This document shows, one piece after another, positions 37,590 to 52,269 of a stretch of 64,000 bases of DNA. Position numbers and translations under genes: made by a program. The DNA lies in NCBI RefSeq assembly GCF_006345805.1, contig NC_043000.1, positions 148,490,001 to 148,554,000 on the forward strand. Reading direction: 5' to 3'. Source of the DNA: Octopus sinensis. Lineage: Eukaryota. Within the stretch, counting starts at the first letter, position 1; each line of letters begins with the position of its first letter. The notes below the pieces were generated by a model, which saw only the letters and a program-made list of their open reading frames with translations, did not search any database and was not told where the DNA came from.

Positions 37590-37822
37590 CTATTTCTGTA
37601 TTATCCACAAGGGGCTAAACACAGAGGGGACAAACAAGGACAGACAAACGGATTAAGTCGATTACATCGATCCCAGTGCGTAACTGGTACTTAATTTATC
37701 GACCCCGAAAGGATGAAAGGCAAAGTCGACCTCGGCGGAATTTGAACTCACAACCTAACGGCAGACGAAATACCGCTAAGCATTTCGCCCGGCGTGCTAA
37801 CGTTTCTGCCAGCTCGTCGCCT
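37590..37822 (-). mobile_element. monomeric type-A Deu/Nin-like SINE with TSD
   Basis: tttgacattc(t/c)caac flanks at about 37570 and 37822. Confidence 0.9.
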
Positions 37823-38236
37823 TTGACATTCCCAACGTTTTATAAGTTAGCTGAGAGGACATTTTTCTTCCACTTCATCTTTCCTTTGTGTAACACATGA
37901 AAAAGATGAAGTTGGTTTTTCACTTGAGAAGAAACGATGTTTTCAGCCTTAGATCTGTCACAACAGCCCACATAAAAATCACTTAGCTATCTTTATCAAA
38001 GGCGATTATTATGGTTCTCAAGTAATTCATGTGATAACATCCTACATATATTAGCTATTAGCTTAAGCCTACCGGCAACTGAGTAACATGCATTAAAATA
38101 CGAATTCATGTAAGAGTTTGTTATTTTTCCCTCCTTCCTCTCTGACGTCAAGACATCTTTTCCTACCAATCCCAGATATTTCAGTCCCACTTATCCTTAT
38201 TCATTCAACATTAAATCAAAAAGAACGGGGGGGGGG

Positions 38237-38504
38237 GCTGTGTGGTAAGAAGTTTGCTTCTCAATCACGCGGTTCCAGGTCAAGTGTCACTGCATGGCAT
38301 CGTGGGCGACTGTCTTCTACTATAGCCCCAAGCCGATCAAAGCCTTGTGAGTACATTTGGTAGACGGAAACTGTGTGGAAGCCTGTATATATATGTATTA
38401 TATATATATATATATAATATATATATATATATTATATATATATATATATAATATATATAATATATATACAAATACGCATACATATATTTATAGACATATA
38501 TTCG

Positions 38505-38545
<41 letters not shown>

Positions 38546-38569
38546 GCATACATATATATATATATATAT

Positions 38570-38614
<45 letters not shown>

Positions 38615-38674
38615 ATATATATATAATATATATATATATGTATATTATATATATATATATGTATATATATATAG

Positions 38675-38727
<53 letters not shown>

Positions 38728-38805
38728 TATATATATAATATGTATATATATATATATATGTATATAATATATATTATATATATATGATATATATGTATAT
38801 GTATA

Positions 38806-38868
<63 letters not shown>

Positions 38869-39540
38869 GTATATGTATATAGCTACTTACAAGGTGAGCA
38901 AAAGTGTACGTACGCCGCTATATGTATATATAAATCTAAAAAATGGAAGAAGAACGCAACAGATGACAATAAAACATCCGGACAGATAGATGATACAAAG
39001 ACGGACATGAAAAAACCAGGACAGGTCATTCGTGGCTTTCTCTCCTCGGTCAAGTTTCCACCGGTGTTCGGTCCAGCATGATCCTTCTTTTTGGGTGTGA
39101 CTGCCGGCCGCCAAGCATCTCTGATATTCCTGTCTCATGACCTACATCCCTTATGTTCATCTATGTTCCTGCCTCAAGGCTTTCACTCTACACGTACCAG
39201 CTCAATTTGATTCGTCTCTATTAGTCGAAAGACACCTGTTGTTATTTGCTTCTTGTTTGTATTTGTAATTGTGTTACATTTTCTCCGTTTTTTTTTTTGT
39301 CTTTGTTGTTGTACACATTCGCTTGCTTTCTTCCAAAATATTTAATGCTCTTAGCTTAGATTTTGGGGGCCAGCCAGATTCGAACAGTCTCAAGTGTAAC
39401 CGGGCAAAACTGTAAAGATAATCTGGAAACTTGACTGAGGAGAGAAGGCCACGAATAACCCGTCTTTAATTTTTCATGTCTGTTTTTGTATCATTTATCG
39501 GTCCGGATGTTTTATTGTCATCTGTTACGTTCTTGTTTTA

Positions 39541-39618
<78 letters not shown>

Positions 39619-39788
39619 CATACATACATACATCATACATACATACATACACATACATATTCATTTATGTATATATGCATATACATATATATTTATATAT
39701 GTATATATGCATATACATATATATCTATATATGTATATATTCATATACATATATATCTATATGTGTGTGTGTGCGTGTGTGTGTGTGT

Positions 39789-39833
<45 letters not shown>

Positions 39834-40025
39834 GTTTGTCTATCCTTGTGATTGTTTGTCCTCCACCACCGCTTGACAACCAGTGTTGATCTGTTTACGT
39901 TCCCGTAACTTAGCCGTTCGGCAAAAGAGACCGATAGGGTAAGTACCAGAATGTCAAATAAGTGAGCTGGTGATGATGTGCTCGACTAAGCCCTACAAGT
40001 CGCTGCTCCAGTATGCTCGCAGTTC
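38237..40025 (+). mobile_element. CORE-like SINE split by an expanded (TA)n tract and a nested element
   Basis: Head 38237-38390, tail 39836-40025, microsatellite and 38890-39545 insert in between. Confidence 0.7.
38945..39540. mobile_element. element with ~115-bp inverted terminal arms inserted in (TA)n
   Basis: 38950-39061 is a diverged reverse complement of 39424-39535. Confidence 0.75.
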
Positions 40026-41236
40026 ACGCGTGAGTCAGAATTCGGTCCCACTGCGCGGTAATTTGTACAAGCGGCTTCTACCATAGCCTCGGGTTGGACA
40101 GTGCCTCCTTCCGCTTTTATGACATTAGGATTGATTTTTGAAAATTTGGTTGCTTATTTTTTCCAAGCATCCATGAAGAGGTTTCCTCATTGACGGATAA
40201 GCACCTTTACTGCTATTGTTACTGAAAATAAAGCTCCTTGAAACAACTAAAATCCATATTCACTATTTTGACTTTTGTAATTTAAACGACAATCTTCTTG
40301 TCTCTATTTTTTTTTTCCATTTTTATCAGTTTGATCTTGAAGGCTGTACCTATGACTTTCGTAGCTGCCTGACATCGCTGAAATTGATTCAGCCTATCTT
40401 TTTTATTGGTTAGTAACGAGGATGGACAATGGTCCTGACACTTTCAGGGTTTCTGAGACTGGTGTGGGCGAGAAGCAAATGTCCTCTAATTGGAGGACTG
40501 ACCCGAATGCTTAGAACAGAACTGATTCCAGTAAAGGCACCCAAGAACTAGGTGTGAAACCGAGCAACTGATTAAGCGTACCACCAATGAAAGCCACGTT
40601 CGGATTTGAACTCATAACACAGAAAGCCGGAACAAATACCGCAAGACACTAATAATTCCACCAGTTCACCGCCCTAGACTCTTACTTTATTTATCAACCA
40701 CAGAAGAATGAAAAATAAAAGTGACCTCGCTCGGATTTGAACTCAGAATGCGGGAATTTAGAGGCTCTAACGACTCTGCCAATACGTTGTTAATTGTTAA
40801 TGTTCCTCTTGAACAGTTGTAGGTTGGCAGAAGGAGGAAACAGTGTGCAAGTACAGAATTCCAGATGAACAACGTCTTAAGAAAGAAAAAATGGACGTAA
40901 GAGTTAGTGTGGGGAAAACACAAGTGAGCCAAGAGTGACAACCCAGATTCTGGTAGTAGAGACCATTTTAGTAATAGTAGAAAAAGAAGTGTCGGAAGTT
41001 AGTGGATCAGATTGGAAAGTGTTGGCGAGCAACTTCTAGCTAATTAGTCGGATGACCTTCCCCCACCAAGATATCACGAAATAAGATGTCATACCAAAAA
41101 ATTAAACCCAAATATGTTACGAAATAGGAAAACTATCATTGCGACTTAAGCTTTACAATGTCAGATATGATCGTAGAGGTTTGGTGCACTACAAACATTG
41201 ATATTACTAAATCTTAACAGTTGGAGAGAGAGATAC

Positions 41237-41279
<43 letters not shown>

Positions 41280-41692
41280 CAGACACTGAGAGAGAAAGAA
41301 ACATTATACCTTTGCTTAATACACCTTATTATGCGTCCTTCACCGGAAGTGTGGTTTCAAGTTTGCCAGACTAATTGACTCCGCGTAAATAAATCATTTC
41401 CATTTTTATTACCTCTTAAAAAGCAGAGGCAAACTTATCCTTAGTTAAATTCAACGGATGTGAAGCTGGATTTTATGTATTTATATTTTTAATTAAGCTG
41501 TGATGATTGACAAATGCAAAAATAAGCAAATATAACATGAATAGTGCTTTTTTTTTTTCTTTCTAGAGATACTGTAAACATAAGTCTTCTCCCATCTTGA
41601 TTTCCGCAGAAAGTCGCTTAAAATCTCAAAACTTCGACAAAAATAATAATTTTTCCTAATTTTGGCACAAGGCCAGCACAAGAATATTAATA

Positions 41693-41925
41693 TATTTCTT
41701 TACTACCCACAAGGGGCTAAACACAGAGGGGACAAACAAGGACAGATAAACGGATTAAGTCGATTAGATCGACCCCAGTGCTTAACTGGTACTTAATTTA
41801 TCGACCCCGAAAGAATGAAAGGCAAAGTCGACCTCGGCGGAATTTGAACTCACAACGTAACGGCAGACGAAATACGGCTACGCATTTCGCCCGGCGTGCT
41901 AACGTTTCTGCCAGCTCACCGCCTT
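41693..41925 (-). mobile_element. monomeric type-A Deu/Nin-like SINE with 17-bp TSD
   Basis: gcacaagaatattaata at 41676-41692 and 41926-41942; abuts an older type-B copy (41943-42068). Confidence 0.93.
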
Positions 41926-42848
41926 GCACAAGAATATTAATAATCCTTTCTGCTATAGGCTCAAGGCTTGAAATTTTGGAGGCGGGGACAGTCGATTAGA
42001 TCGACCCAGTACGCAACTGGTACTTATTTCATCGACCCCGAATGGATGAAAGGTAAAATCGACCTCGGAATTTCCGTACAGCGTTAGTAAAACCGCAAAC
42101 ACTCGATGTGTTAATCGCAGTGTTTTGATTTTTTTAATATGGTGGTGTTAATGCTGCTGGTGGTGGTGGTCACGGCGGTGGTGGTCGTTACCGTTGTTAC
42201 TGTAATTTGCATGGAAGTTGAAGAGGAAGTTTAAATTTTCGTCTTTCTGTTCCCCATTTTCATTGTTGTTGTGGTTGTTGCTTTGGTGGGCACGATGGCG
42301 GCGGCGGCGGTGACGGCGGTGGTGGTGGTGGTGGTGGTGGTGGTATGATGGTGAGGGGATGGGGGGGGGATGGGGGGGTTGATGGTGGGGGGTAGTGGTG
42401 GTGATGGTGGTGGTGGTGGTGGTGGTGATGGTGGTGGTGGCGGCGGTTGTGGTGGTGGTAGTGGTGGTGGTAGTGGGCTGCTGCTGCTACTGTTGATGCT
42501 GCGCTGCTGTTGCTGTTGCTGCTGCTGCTTTGATTTAACATAGTAAAAGTAATGTTAACTATGCCCTTTTAATCGGCGATCACATTCCCTTGGTTTTCCG
42601 TCGAATAATTTTATACTTTATAATTTTTTTTTTTTAAATATACAAATTTCACAGAGATAATCGCAAATTTCACCCCGAAGGGCGAAAACAGAATGGAGCT
42701 AACAAGCTCTTGGGAATGTTTTGCATTTAGCAGATAAAAACAGAGCAAGAAAATCCGAACGTTGACATTCGTAAAATAATTAAAATAAGCAAAACTTACG
42801 AGCGACCCGGGACGATATGATGCTGATACCACCACCACAACAACAACA

Positions 42849-42897
42849 GGAAGAAGAAGAAGAAGAAGAAGAAGAAGAAGAAGAAGAAGAAGAAGAA

Positions 42898-42944
<47 letters not shown>

Positions 42945-42955
42945 AGAAGAAGGAA

Positions 42956-42990
<35 letters not shown>

Positions 42991-42992
42991 AG
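42849..42992. repeat. (GAA)n microsatellite; GC-rich (GGT/GGC/GCT)n tract at 42260-42530
   Basis: Direct reading. Confidence 0.95.
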
Positions 42993-44169
42993 ACGACTAG
43001 TGATTGTCTCCGTCGACAGAAATTTTTTTTCTACTCTAGGCACAAGACCCGAAATTTTTGAGGTGGGGGCCAGTCTATTAGATCGACCCCAGCATGCAAC
43101 TGGTACTTAATTTATCGACCCCAACAATTATAATAACAACAGAAATAGTGGCAGTGATGCTGGATATAACATGATAAATAAACAAGAACAACAATATAAT
43201 TGAGATTTTCTTTGGCGTTATCACAAGTTATTTATTCTTTGATGCATAGACGATAAATCGAACGGTTCTAGAAACTAGAAATATCCCTGCGTAGTTTATA
43301 ATAGTTCTGAATACATCGTATTAATGTTTAGGACTGGTCACTGTGACATAAAATCAATATTCGTTTAAATCGATACACTATTATTAATGTGTGTAGATAG
43401 GTAACTCTATTGCGGTCGGATATGCTTAATAAAGTTAGATGAAAATAAGCCGCTAGCAATTATGATTTTTTGAACAACTTTTTTCTTTTTAATTTTCAAC
43501 GCTCGTTATGTGAATTTTGGTAATAACGCATTTCCAACACATGTTATTGCCACGGTTTAATATGCAATGAAGTTTAAATACTATCACGTAATTGCTACTA
43601 TTCGCATTCGCCCGTTTTATTTCCAATGGCTTTTTGCACAAACTCACAACGTTTACTTTCTTTAAAGATGATTAATGCAAGGTGCGAGATTTGGAGATTT
43701 GCCACGGGACTCAAACTACTTATTTATTTGTTGAATATTCTAGATTGATGGAGTCAGGCACAAGTGTTTTAACTAGTTTCCAGGATTTGGATGATATAAA
43801 GTATCTCGGAAAAAAAGTTCACAACTTTTAAATGAAATCTCTCTCGTAGCATACGGCCGTTGATTATTTGAGTATACAACTGTACTTCTTATGTCTTACG
43901 AGTGAAATCATCATTTGAATATTCCTTTTGTGGTATCATGCGTATGGATATATCCTTATGTCTGTGTGTGTTTGCACAGATGTGTTTTTATGTGTAAGGG
44001 TACAACTGAAAGTAAGATTAATGCCAGGAGACCACAAAACTGATCCGTCAACTTTACCTGACCCCACAAGATAACTTTATGATTAGTACATTTCCTACTG
44101 TGTAATACGAATGCATATGTACACACTTATATACTTATGTATATACAAATGCACGTGCACACAAAAATT

Positions 44170-44551
44170 ATATGTGTATGTGTGTGCGTGTGTGTGTGTG
44201 AATATATTATATGTGTATGTATATGTATATATGTATGTATACGTACGTATATGTATGTGTATGTGCCTATATATATGTTTGTGTATATGTATATATATAT
44301 GTGTATGTATATGTATATATGTATGTATATATATATGTGTATGTATATGTATATGTGTATATATATATATATATGTATATATATGTATGTATATATATAT
44401 GTATGTATACGTACGTATATGTATGTGTATGTGCCTATATATATGTTTGTGTATATGTATATATATGTATGTGTAGTTGTGTATATGTATATATATGTAT
44501 GTATATATATATGTGTATGTATACAGATATATGTGTGTGTATGTATGTATA

Positions 44552-44601
<50 letters not shown>

Positions 44602-44709
44602 ATATATGTATATGTGTGTGTGTGTACGTATGTTTATATATATATATATATACACACACACATAAATACATACATATTATATATATATATATATATAAAT
44701 ATATATATG

Positions 44710-44780
<71 letters not shown>

Positions 44781-44916
44781 ACCAATCAGTGATGCGTAAA
44801 TCGTTACATTATGTGAGTAAATTATTAATGATCGTTGATCGATACACACATAAACTCAATAAACACGAAAACACATAATCTCTATCAACTTTAACCTTAT
44901 ATAGATATAGATATAT

Positions 44917-44967
<51 letters not shown>

Positions 44968-44974
44968 TATATAC

Positions 44975-45052
<78 letters not shown>

Positions 45053-45105
45053 CCATACACACATACACCAATATATATTGAATGTGTGTGAGTGTGTGTG
45101 TGTGC
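44170..45105. repeat. compound (TA)/(TG)/(TATG) microsatellite block
   Basis: Direct reading; source of many spurious ORFs. Confidence 0.95.
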
Positions 45106-45824
45106 CCGTGTCTGTACATGTGTACGCGCGTTCTGACAGGTACCTACAGAGCTAGTCTTATTGTGCCGATATTCTGTAACGATAGAACTGTGAAAAAAAA
45201 TGAGAAAATCAAAATAGATTTATGTTATATTTTTCCTTTCTATCAACATTTTGGTACATTCACATGATTGGAGTTTATTTTAAGACGTAAAAATCGATAT
45301 CTTTTGCATACTGTAACCAGAATGTTGGCACTGAAGATAGTTTGTCTAAGATTCCTATTTGCTTCTGTCCAGAGACAAAGAAGTATTATGACTGCCCTTT
45401 CTCAAATATAAACAGACACTCGCTTTTCCCCTTACTATTCTATTTCCGCAAGTGCAGATTTGATATGTAAATGGTCTTAGGGTTTGTTCTACTGCCATCC
45501 TTATCACAGTTTGTCAACTTAAGGTCGAAGGTAAATATTAGCCGTCCAGATACCAACCGTATAATCACGAACAGCATTGCTGCGTACAAAGTTTGGGTAA
45601 CCGTTTACACCCACCTCCATGAGAAAAATGCTAACAATATCTACTGCTAATAACAAATATGATAACAAACAATAGATAAAACAAATTCGCAAATAGGAAA
45701 GGGGTGAGAAGAAGAGAAAGGTAGCAAAGAGGAATTGAATATGGATGTACTCTTCCCTATAAGTTCTAAATTCAAATAGAAGAAGGTCACTCATATACAG
45801 AAAAGAGACAACTTATGAAAATAT

Positions 45825-45857
<33 letters not shown>

Positions 45858-46250
45858 CTAGCAGTATCGCCCGGCGTTGCTCGGATTTGTACGGGAAATA
45901 ACTATATAAGCATTTTAGAGAGTTATAGCCAAAAAATAGCAAAAAAATGCATTAAAAATGGGAAAAAAATGATGGTAAATTTTTTTTTAAATCGTAGACT
46001 CATCGTAGACATTTTAGAGAGTTACTTCCCTTATATAATAGCGAAAAAATGCATTAAAATGGGAAAAAATGATGGTGAATTTTTTTTTAAATCGTAGACT
46101 CATCGTAGACGCGCGCTAATACCCAGAAGGGCTCGATATGAATCACGACTATAAGATACCCGCTTTTGGTTAAACTGCACCGCAAAATGTGGGAGTAGTT
46201 AGGAATCTAAATCGTAGGAGACAGACACACAACCTTACTTTTATATATAT
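45858..46250 (-). mobile_element. non-autonomous Helitron (second copy)
   Basis: Near-identical to 22158-22552; CTAG end in (TA)n. Confidence 0.85.
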
Positions 46251-47308
46251 ATATTACATCAAACTAACATGTAAAAGTCATTAACCTCTCTGATTACAAA
46301 AGAACCACAAAATAAATATTAAAGAATAGAGAAATAAGAATAAAGAACGATATAGCTTGGGCACACTCTTCGAGAAGTATTTTTTAAAGATATTCAGTTA
46401 ATGGGGGTATCATAATTCATTCACTATCTCACTCGTTTGTAACATCTGCAGTTGTTTATAAAGCATATGCAGTGTAGACAAGAGAAAAATTGATGGGTAT
46501 ATATCTAAACTAAGATATAAATCATACCACACAGTATTCAATGGCCAAATGTAATAAATTGTTTTGAGATCATATTTTGTTTGTGTAAGGAAAGCATGCA
46601 ATCCATGTTATGCAATGGAAACCTAGTAACATTTTATAGCAATACTCTTAAAGACGAACACTAATTCAAAGTGCATACAAATAAGCGTTCTTCACATGTG
46701 TAAACTTTTGAAAGAGTTGAAATGTTGGAATATTCTCTGAAAGCTTGAACATTTAGCATCAAAGACTCGTATGCAATATTTTACAAGTTTATGAACCCAT
46801 TTTCATATATAAGTATTACATTTAAAAATAGAATTTATTCCGGGTTATCTTTGATATAAGGGAAACAGCTAACCAGTTATCATGATGAAAAACCAAATAT
46901 ATTTTTCTTGATCCTTTCTCTAATGCGGTATACATCAGTAAAAAAAAAACTAGACAGTGTCTGCTCCGTATATTAATTTATGACTGGTAGTTGGGGAGAT
47001 AAATCTTTCTTCGCAGTTTCATAAAAAAAAAGTATCTACTCCATTTGTGTATTGGATTTAGTGTTCAAGTTTGTCAGCTTTGCATACACAAAATATATTC
47101 ACTGCATATATATATATCATATTTTTCAAAGATTCCAAGTATATATTTCTCCGTCTTAACTGCCTTCTATAATTTCAATAACACAGTGAATAATATAACT
47201 AAATATGACCCATTTCAAAAATACTCTAGAAATGTTCTTTGTCCACAACACCCATATCTTTCCATCACAGTCTTTATCTTCACAGAAAGATATGCAGAAG
47301 GGTACCAC

Positions 47309-47339
<31 letters not shown>

Positions 47340-48601
47340 TGTATGTATGTATGTATGTATGTATGTATGTTTGTATGTATGTATGTATGCATGCATGCAT
47401 GTATGTATGTATGTATGTATGTATGTATGTATGTACGTACGTATGTATGTATGTATGTATGTATGTATGTACGTATGTATGTATGTACGTATGTATGTAT
47501 GTACGTATGTATGTATTTGCGAACGACACACCGGTCTCACGCCATTTCCGCTCCACCGGTCACTCCTTGCAACACCTATCTGTGTTCGGTTTGTCCTTAC
47601 ACAGAGGCCATCCGGATTCCCGTTTGCGCCGTGAACAGGAATTAATCTTCTCTCTTCGCTCTTATACGCCATTTGGTCTCAATTCTCCCCCCTCCTCATC
47701 TAACCTCACCCCCCTCCTCACCTATCCTTTCTCTCCCCCCGACCCCTACTTCTTCAGTCCTTCATCCTTTCACCCCTACTCCCCTTCCCTTCTTCCCTCT
47801 TTCTCCCTCCCTCTTCCCCTTCCCTCTTCCCTCTTTCTCCCTCCCTCTTCCCCTTCCCTCTGCTCCCTCACTCCCTCTCTCCCCTTCTCTCTCCCCCTCT
47901 CCCTCTTTCCTCCTTCATCCCCCTCATCCCCTTCCTTCTCCCCCATCCTCTCCTCTCCCCCTTCTCCTCCCCCTCTTCTTCCCCTCCCCTTCTCTCCGCC
48001 CTCTTCTCCCCCTCCCCCTCTTCTCCTCACTACACCACATGACTTTACACATCACATCACATATGATGTGCCATACTAATACACACACCAACTAATACAT
48101 ACTAATACGTACTAATACATACTAGTACATACTAATACTTACACCAACCCTATACATACACACGTCCAGACCCCGCATACGCACTTATACTCTCTCACAC
48201 ACACACACACACACACACCTATACATACCAATACGTACTAATACATACTAATACATACTAATACATACACCAACCCCATACATACGCACGTCCAGACCAA
48301 TCTTACGCACTAATACTCTCTCATCACACACAACACACACACACACACCACACACACACACACACCCTTATACATACTAATACATACACCAACCCTATAC
48401 ATACACACATCCAGACCCCTCCCACGCACTTTTAGCTGGTCCCTCAACCCGTTTATCAACCCTATTATCTCCCCTTATTTCGCTCTCGCGTCTCATGTTT
48501 GATCTTTGACCTCTGGCCGAAATCAGATCGCCATGTTGATTCGTTAGCTACTGCACGCATTTTTTTCTCTCCTTCTTTCTGTGTTTTTCTCTCTCTGTGT
48601 A

Positions 48602-48639
48602 TCTTTCTGTTGAAGAGCGTAGGCTCGAAACGTTAAAGA
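48602..48639 (+). ncRNA. minimal hammerhead motif in the 5' pLTR
   Basis: TCTTT CTGTTGA A GAGC-GTAG-GCTC GAAA CGTT AAAGA. Confidence 0.75.
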
Positions 48640-49359
48640 CTTGTTTTATTTATATTTCCTGAGCGCCATACTAATACAATTGTTCGTTTGTTTTCCACCT
48701 GCCTTCGTCTTTTGTTTATTTTCATAAAGCTTCCCGTTATATATTATGCGCTCACGTGGTCTCACTTTCATCCTATATTCTACCAATACCACTATCAACA
48801 CTTACCTCTACCTTGGATTTTCTTTACCTCTTGGATACTTACCATTGGCTGCACCTCTCTTTCGCGGATCAAAGTGACTTTGCATTGATGTGAAATCCTT
48901 AAAAAATATACCACGACGTCTACACATTTCTCACCTTGAACTTTCAACCTTGAACTTGTTCGCATAAACTGTCCCGTTTGTTGTTTTTATTTTTTCTCTA
49001 TATTACCACTTTTTTTACATTCATTTCATGCTTCCCACATTTTCCTGAATTTTTGTTCTCCTTTCCGTCTTTCTTCCCTCTCTGGATGTCCATACTCCGT
49101 TTCCTCTGCCTGCACCCCCCTTTTTTTGCCTCCCCCTCTCTCTGCTTCCCTTCTTTCTTTCCCTTTTCCGTTTGCCCCGTCTTTTCTGCCCCTATCGCTT
49201 ACTTATCTAGTTTTTTCATACGATTATTATTTTTTTGTTTTTTTGAACGTTTGTTTTTTCCCCTTTTTTCGCTATCCTTTTTTCTATTTTTTTCATACGA
49301 TAATTTTTGTTTTTTGTTTTTTTTTGTTTTTTCGAACGTTTTTTTTCCGCTATCCCATC

Positions 49360-52269
49360 ATGCCGGATCCTAGGTCCTACCTCCTCACCCTCCATCACCG
49401 TTTGAAGGATCATCTACGTTCGCTTCCTGTATATTGCCTTCAGCCGTCCGTTAATCTCTCTCTACTTCTTTTTAAAAAACCCGCTTCTCTAGCCATGTCT
49501 CTTTCCTAAGCCGCTGCCTACATCACCGACTCATCCCTAAAGGTTTCCGCCTCCACTTCCACCCTGCTCTCCACTCGGATTCTTCCATCTTACCCATACT
49601 CCGCACCACATCTTACCGCCTTATGCGGGCCACCATTCGCTCCAATCTCTCCAAACTACATGCCATCAACCGCCTTCTTCCTCCTGCTTTCTCCACCTTC
49701 TTCTCCTCTCTGCCGCCTCTCTATGCTCCAAACACGCTACGCTTCATTATCCATTTGAATCAACTCTTCCATCAATTTCTTTCTGATACCAAACTTCGTA
49801 AACTCCAATCACTCTTCCATTCCACCCTACCCGACGCCACTACCCCAACTCCTCCACCACCCTTCTCCCCTCCCGATAGGCTCCATCCACCCACACCTAA
49901 CCCCACTGCCCCTCCCTACAACCCCTTCTCCCCCCTCCCGTTAGGCTCCATCCACCTACACCTAACCCTACTGCCCCGCCCAACCACCCCCCACACCTCC
50001 CCAATCCCTCCCCCTCAGACCTCCACGAGACCTACCACCCCTCCTACTACTTCTATTCCATCCACCCCTTCTCCACTTCCGTCTGTTGTTACCATTCCCC
50101 CCGATCTTCCCCTCTCTGCGGCTGAACGCTCCGTCCTTAGTAGGGGTCTGCGTTTCATCCACCTCACTCCATCCTGTAAGGAATTCCAGACGCGAGTTGA
50201 TGTCCACAGCTTTGTGCGCCGTGTCCGGTTGGGTGCGCATTACCACGACTCGCCACCCACACCCATGAAGAGGACGACTGCTTCACTGGCCTGGGCCGCC
50301 GACCATCCCCGTGGACGCCTGCCCCTGGCCAGATCCTAGCAGTGGATCTTTTCGCGGGCGCTTGTCAGCGTGCATTGGAGCGGTTCAACTTCTCCAGGCG
50401 CCAACGCCGCCTCAACATCTCCCCGGCTGAGCTCTTGGCTCTTCGTTCCCTCCAACGGCGCGCTGACATTATCATCAAACCGGCTGACAAGGGTGGAGCT
50501 GTAGTGGTGTGGCGCGCGGACCTCTATAGGGCCGAGGCTTTCCGCCAACTCAATGACACCTCCTTCTATTCCCCTCTGCCCTCTAACCCCACACGTAGCT
50601 ACCAACAGACGGTATCCTCTACTGTCCAAGACCTCATCTCGTCCTCCCGTCTCCCCCGCACCGCATCCAACCTAATTGTGCGAACCCCACGTACCCCCAC
50701 CATTTACTTCCTCCCCAAAATCCACAAACCCAACAACCCTGGCCGCCCCATCGTCTCCGCCTGTAACTGCCCCACGGAGCTCATCTCTAAATACCTCGAC
50801 CGTGTCCTTGCCCCCCTAGTGGCATCTCTTCCCTCCCACATCCACGATACCAACCATGCTCTCCGGCTTTTCAACTCTTTCTCCTTTCCTCCCGGCTCCT
50901 CCAAAATCCTTTTTACTATGGACATCCAAAGCCTCTATACTGTTATCCCTCACCACGAAGGGCAGGCCCTTCGACACTTTCTTGACCTCCGCTCTAACCC
51001 TGTACCTGACACCTCCACACTCATTCGTCTGGCCGAACTTGTCCTTACTCTGAACTGCTTCTCGTTCGCGGGCGAGTTCTACCATCAGGTCTCGGGAGTG
51101 GCCATGGGAACGCGAATGGGCCCCAACTATGCGAACCTGTTCGTTGGCTATGTTGAGGCCCAAATATTCTCTAATTTCACTGGTCCCACTCCTGAACTAT
51201 ATGGTCGTTATATTGACGACATTATCGGTGCCACCTCACTCTCCCGCGAACATCTAGATTCCTTCCTCTCTTCGTCCAATCTTTCCATCCAGCCCTCCAC
51301 TTCACTTCCACTATCTCCAACACCTCTGTCTCCTTCCTCGACATTTCGGTTAGCATTCTTCACTCCACTCTTACCACCTCCATTCACTACAAACACACAG
51401 ACTCACACTCATACCTCAACTTCTCTTCCTCCCACCCAGAACACACCAAGCTTTCCATCCCCTATTCCCAATTCCTCCGTCTACGTAGGCTCTGTAGTGA
51501 CGACCATGACTTTGAGACTCAGTCTCAACGTATGGCTCACCACTTCACCCTACGTGGATACCCCCTCACCACTATCCACACCGCCCTTGCCAGAGCACGG
51601 TCCGTGGACCGTGTATCTGCTCTCTCTCTCCCCGAACCCGCCCTGTAGTCTCCCGCCTCCCTTTTCCCCTCACTTACCACCCCACGACCCTACGTCTCCA
51701 ACGCACCATTCTTCGAGCTTTCCGTCATCTCCAGTCCGACCCGTCCACTTCACACCTCTTCCCTAACCGACCCCTCCCCTCTTTCAAACGAGCCCACAAC
51801 CTTCGAGACCTTTTGGTCCATAGCTCCTTCCCTGACCCTACCTCCCAACCCGGCTCGTTCCCCTGCTCCCGCCCACGTTGCCGCACTTGCCCTTACCTCT
51901 CCAACACCACCCGCCTCACTAGCACCCACCATCGACCCTATCCCATCATCCACTCCTTCACCTGCACCTCCAGCAATATTATCTATTGCATCTCTTGCTC
52001 TCTCTGCAATTCCTTGTACATCGGACAAACGGGACGCCGCTTGGCTGACCGGTTCGCGGAACACCTTCGTGACATCCACCTTGCGAACGACACACCGGTC
52101 TCACGCCATTTCCGCTCCACCGGTCACTCCTTGCAACACCTATCTGTGTTCGGTTTGTCCTTACACAGAGGCCATCCGGATTCCCGTTTGCGCCGTGAAC
52201 AGGAATTAATCTTCTCTCTTCGCTCTTATACGCCATTTGGTCTCAACTCTCCCCCCCCTCCTCATCTAA
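49360..52269 (+). pseudogene. PLE reverse transcriptase + GIY-YIG endonuclease ORF, at least 4 frameshifts
   Basis: HVSFLSRC..LIPKG N-terminus; KPADKGGAVVVW, YFLPKIHK..GRPIVS, MDIQSLYT, GVAMGTRMGPNYANLF, YIDD; CSRPRCRTC linker; NIIYCISCSLCNSLYIGQTGRRLADRFAEH...REQELIFSL..GLN. Confidence 0.95.

Noticed and set aside
42799-42821. 23-nt minus-strand micro-exon (tatcag|...ctc|gtaagt)
   Set aside because: Splice motifs alone are expected by chance at this scale; no further support
42260-43110. Poly-His/Pro and poly-Glu/Arg ORFs
   Set aside because: Trinucleotide microsatellites running into SINE sequence; no domain content
44111-45119. Long ORFs rich in YI/CV/HT/MYVC repeats (also 4327-4717, 11268-11875, 38337-39889, 47045-47672, 53187-53709, 56128-56732)
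   Set aside because: Translations of di- and tetranucleotide microsatellites
49468-49483. Programmed -1 frameshift at ttttttaaaaaaccc in the PLE
   Set aside because: No X XXY YYZ heptamer in the required frame; a simple indel is more likely
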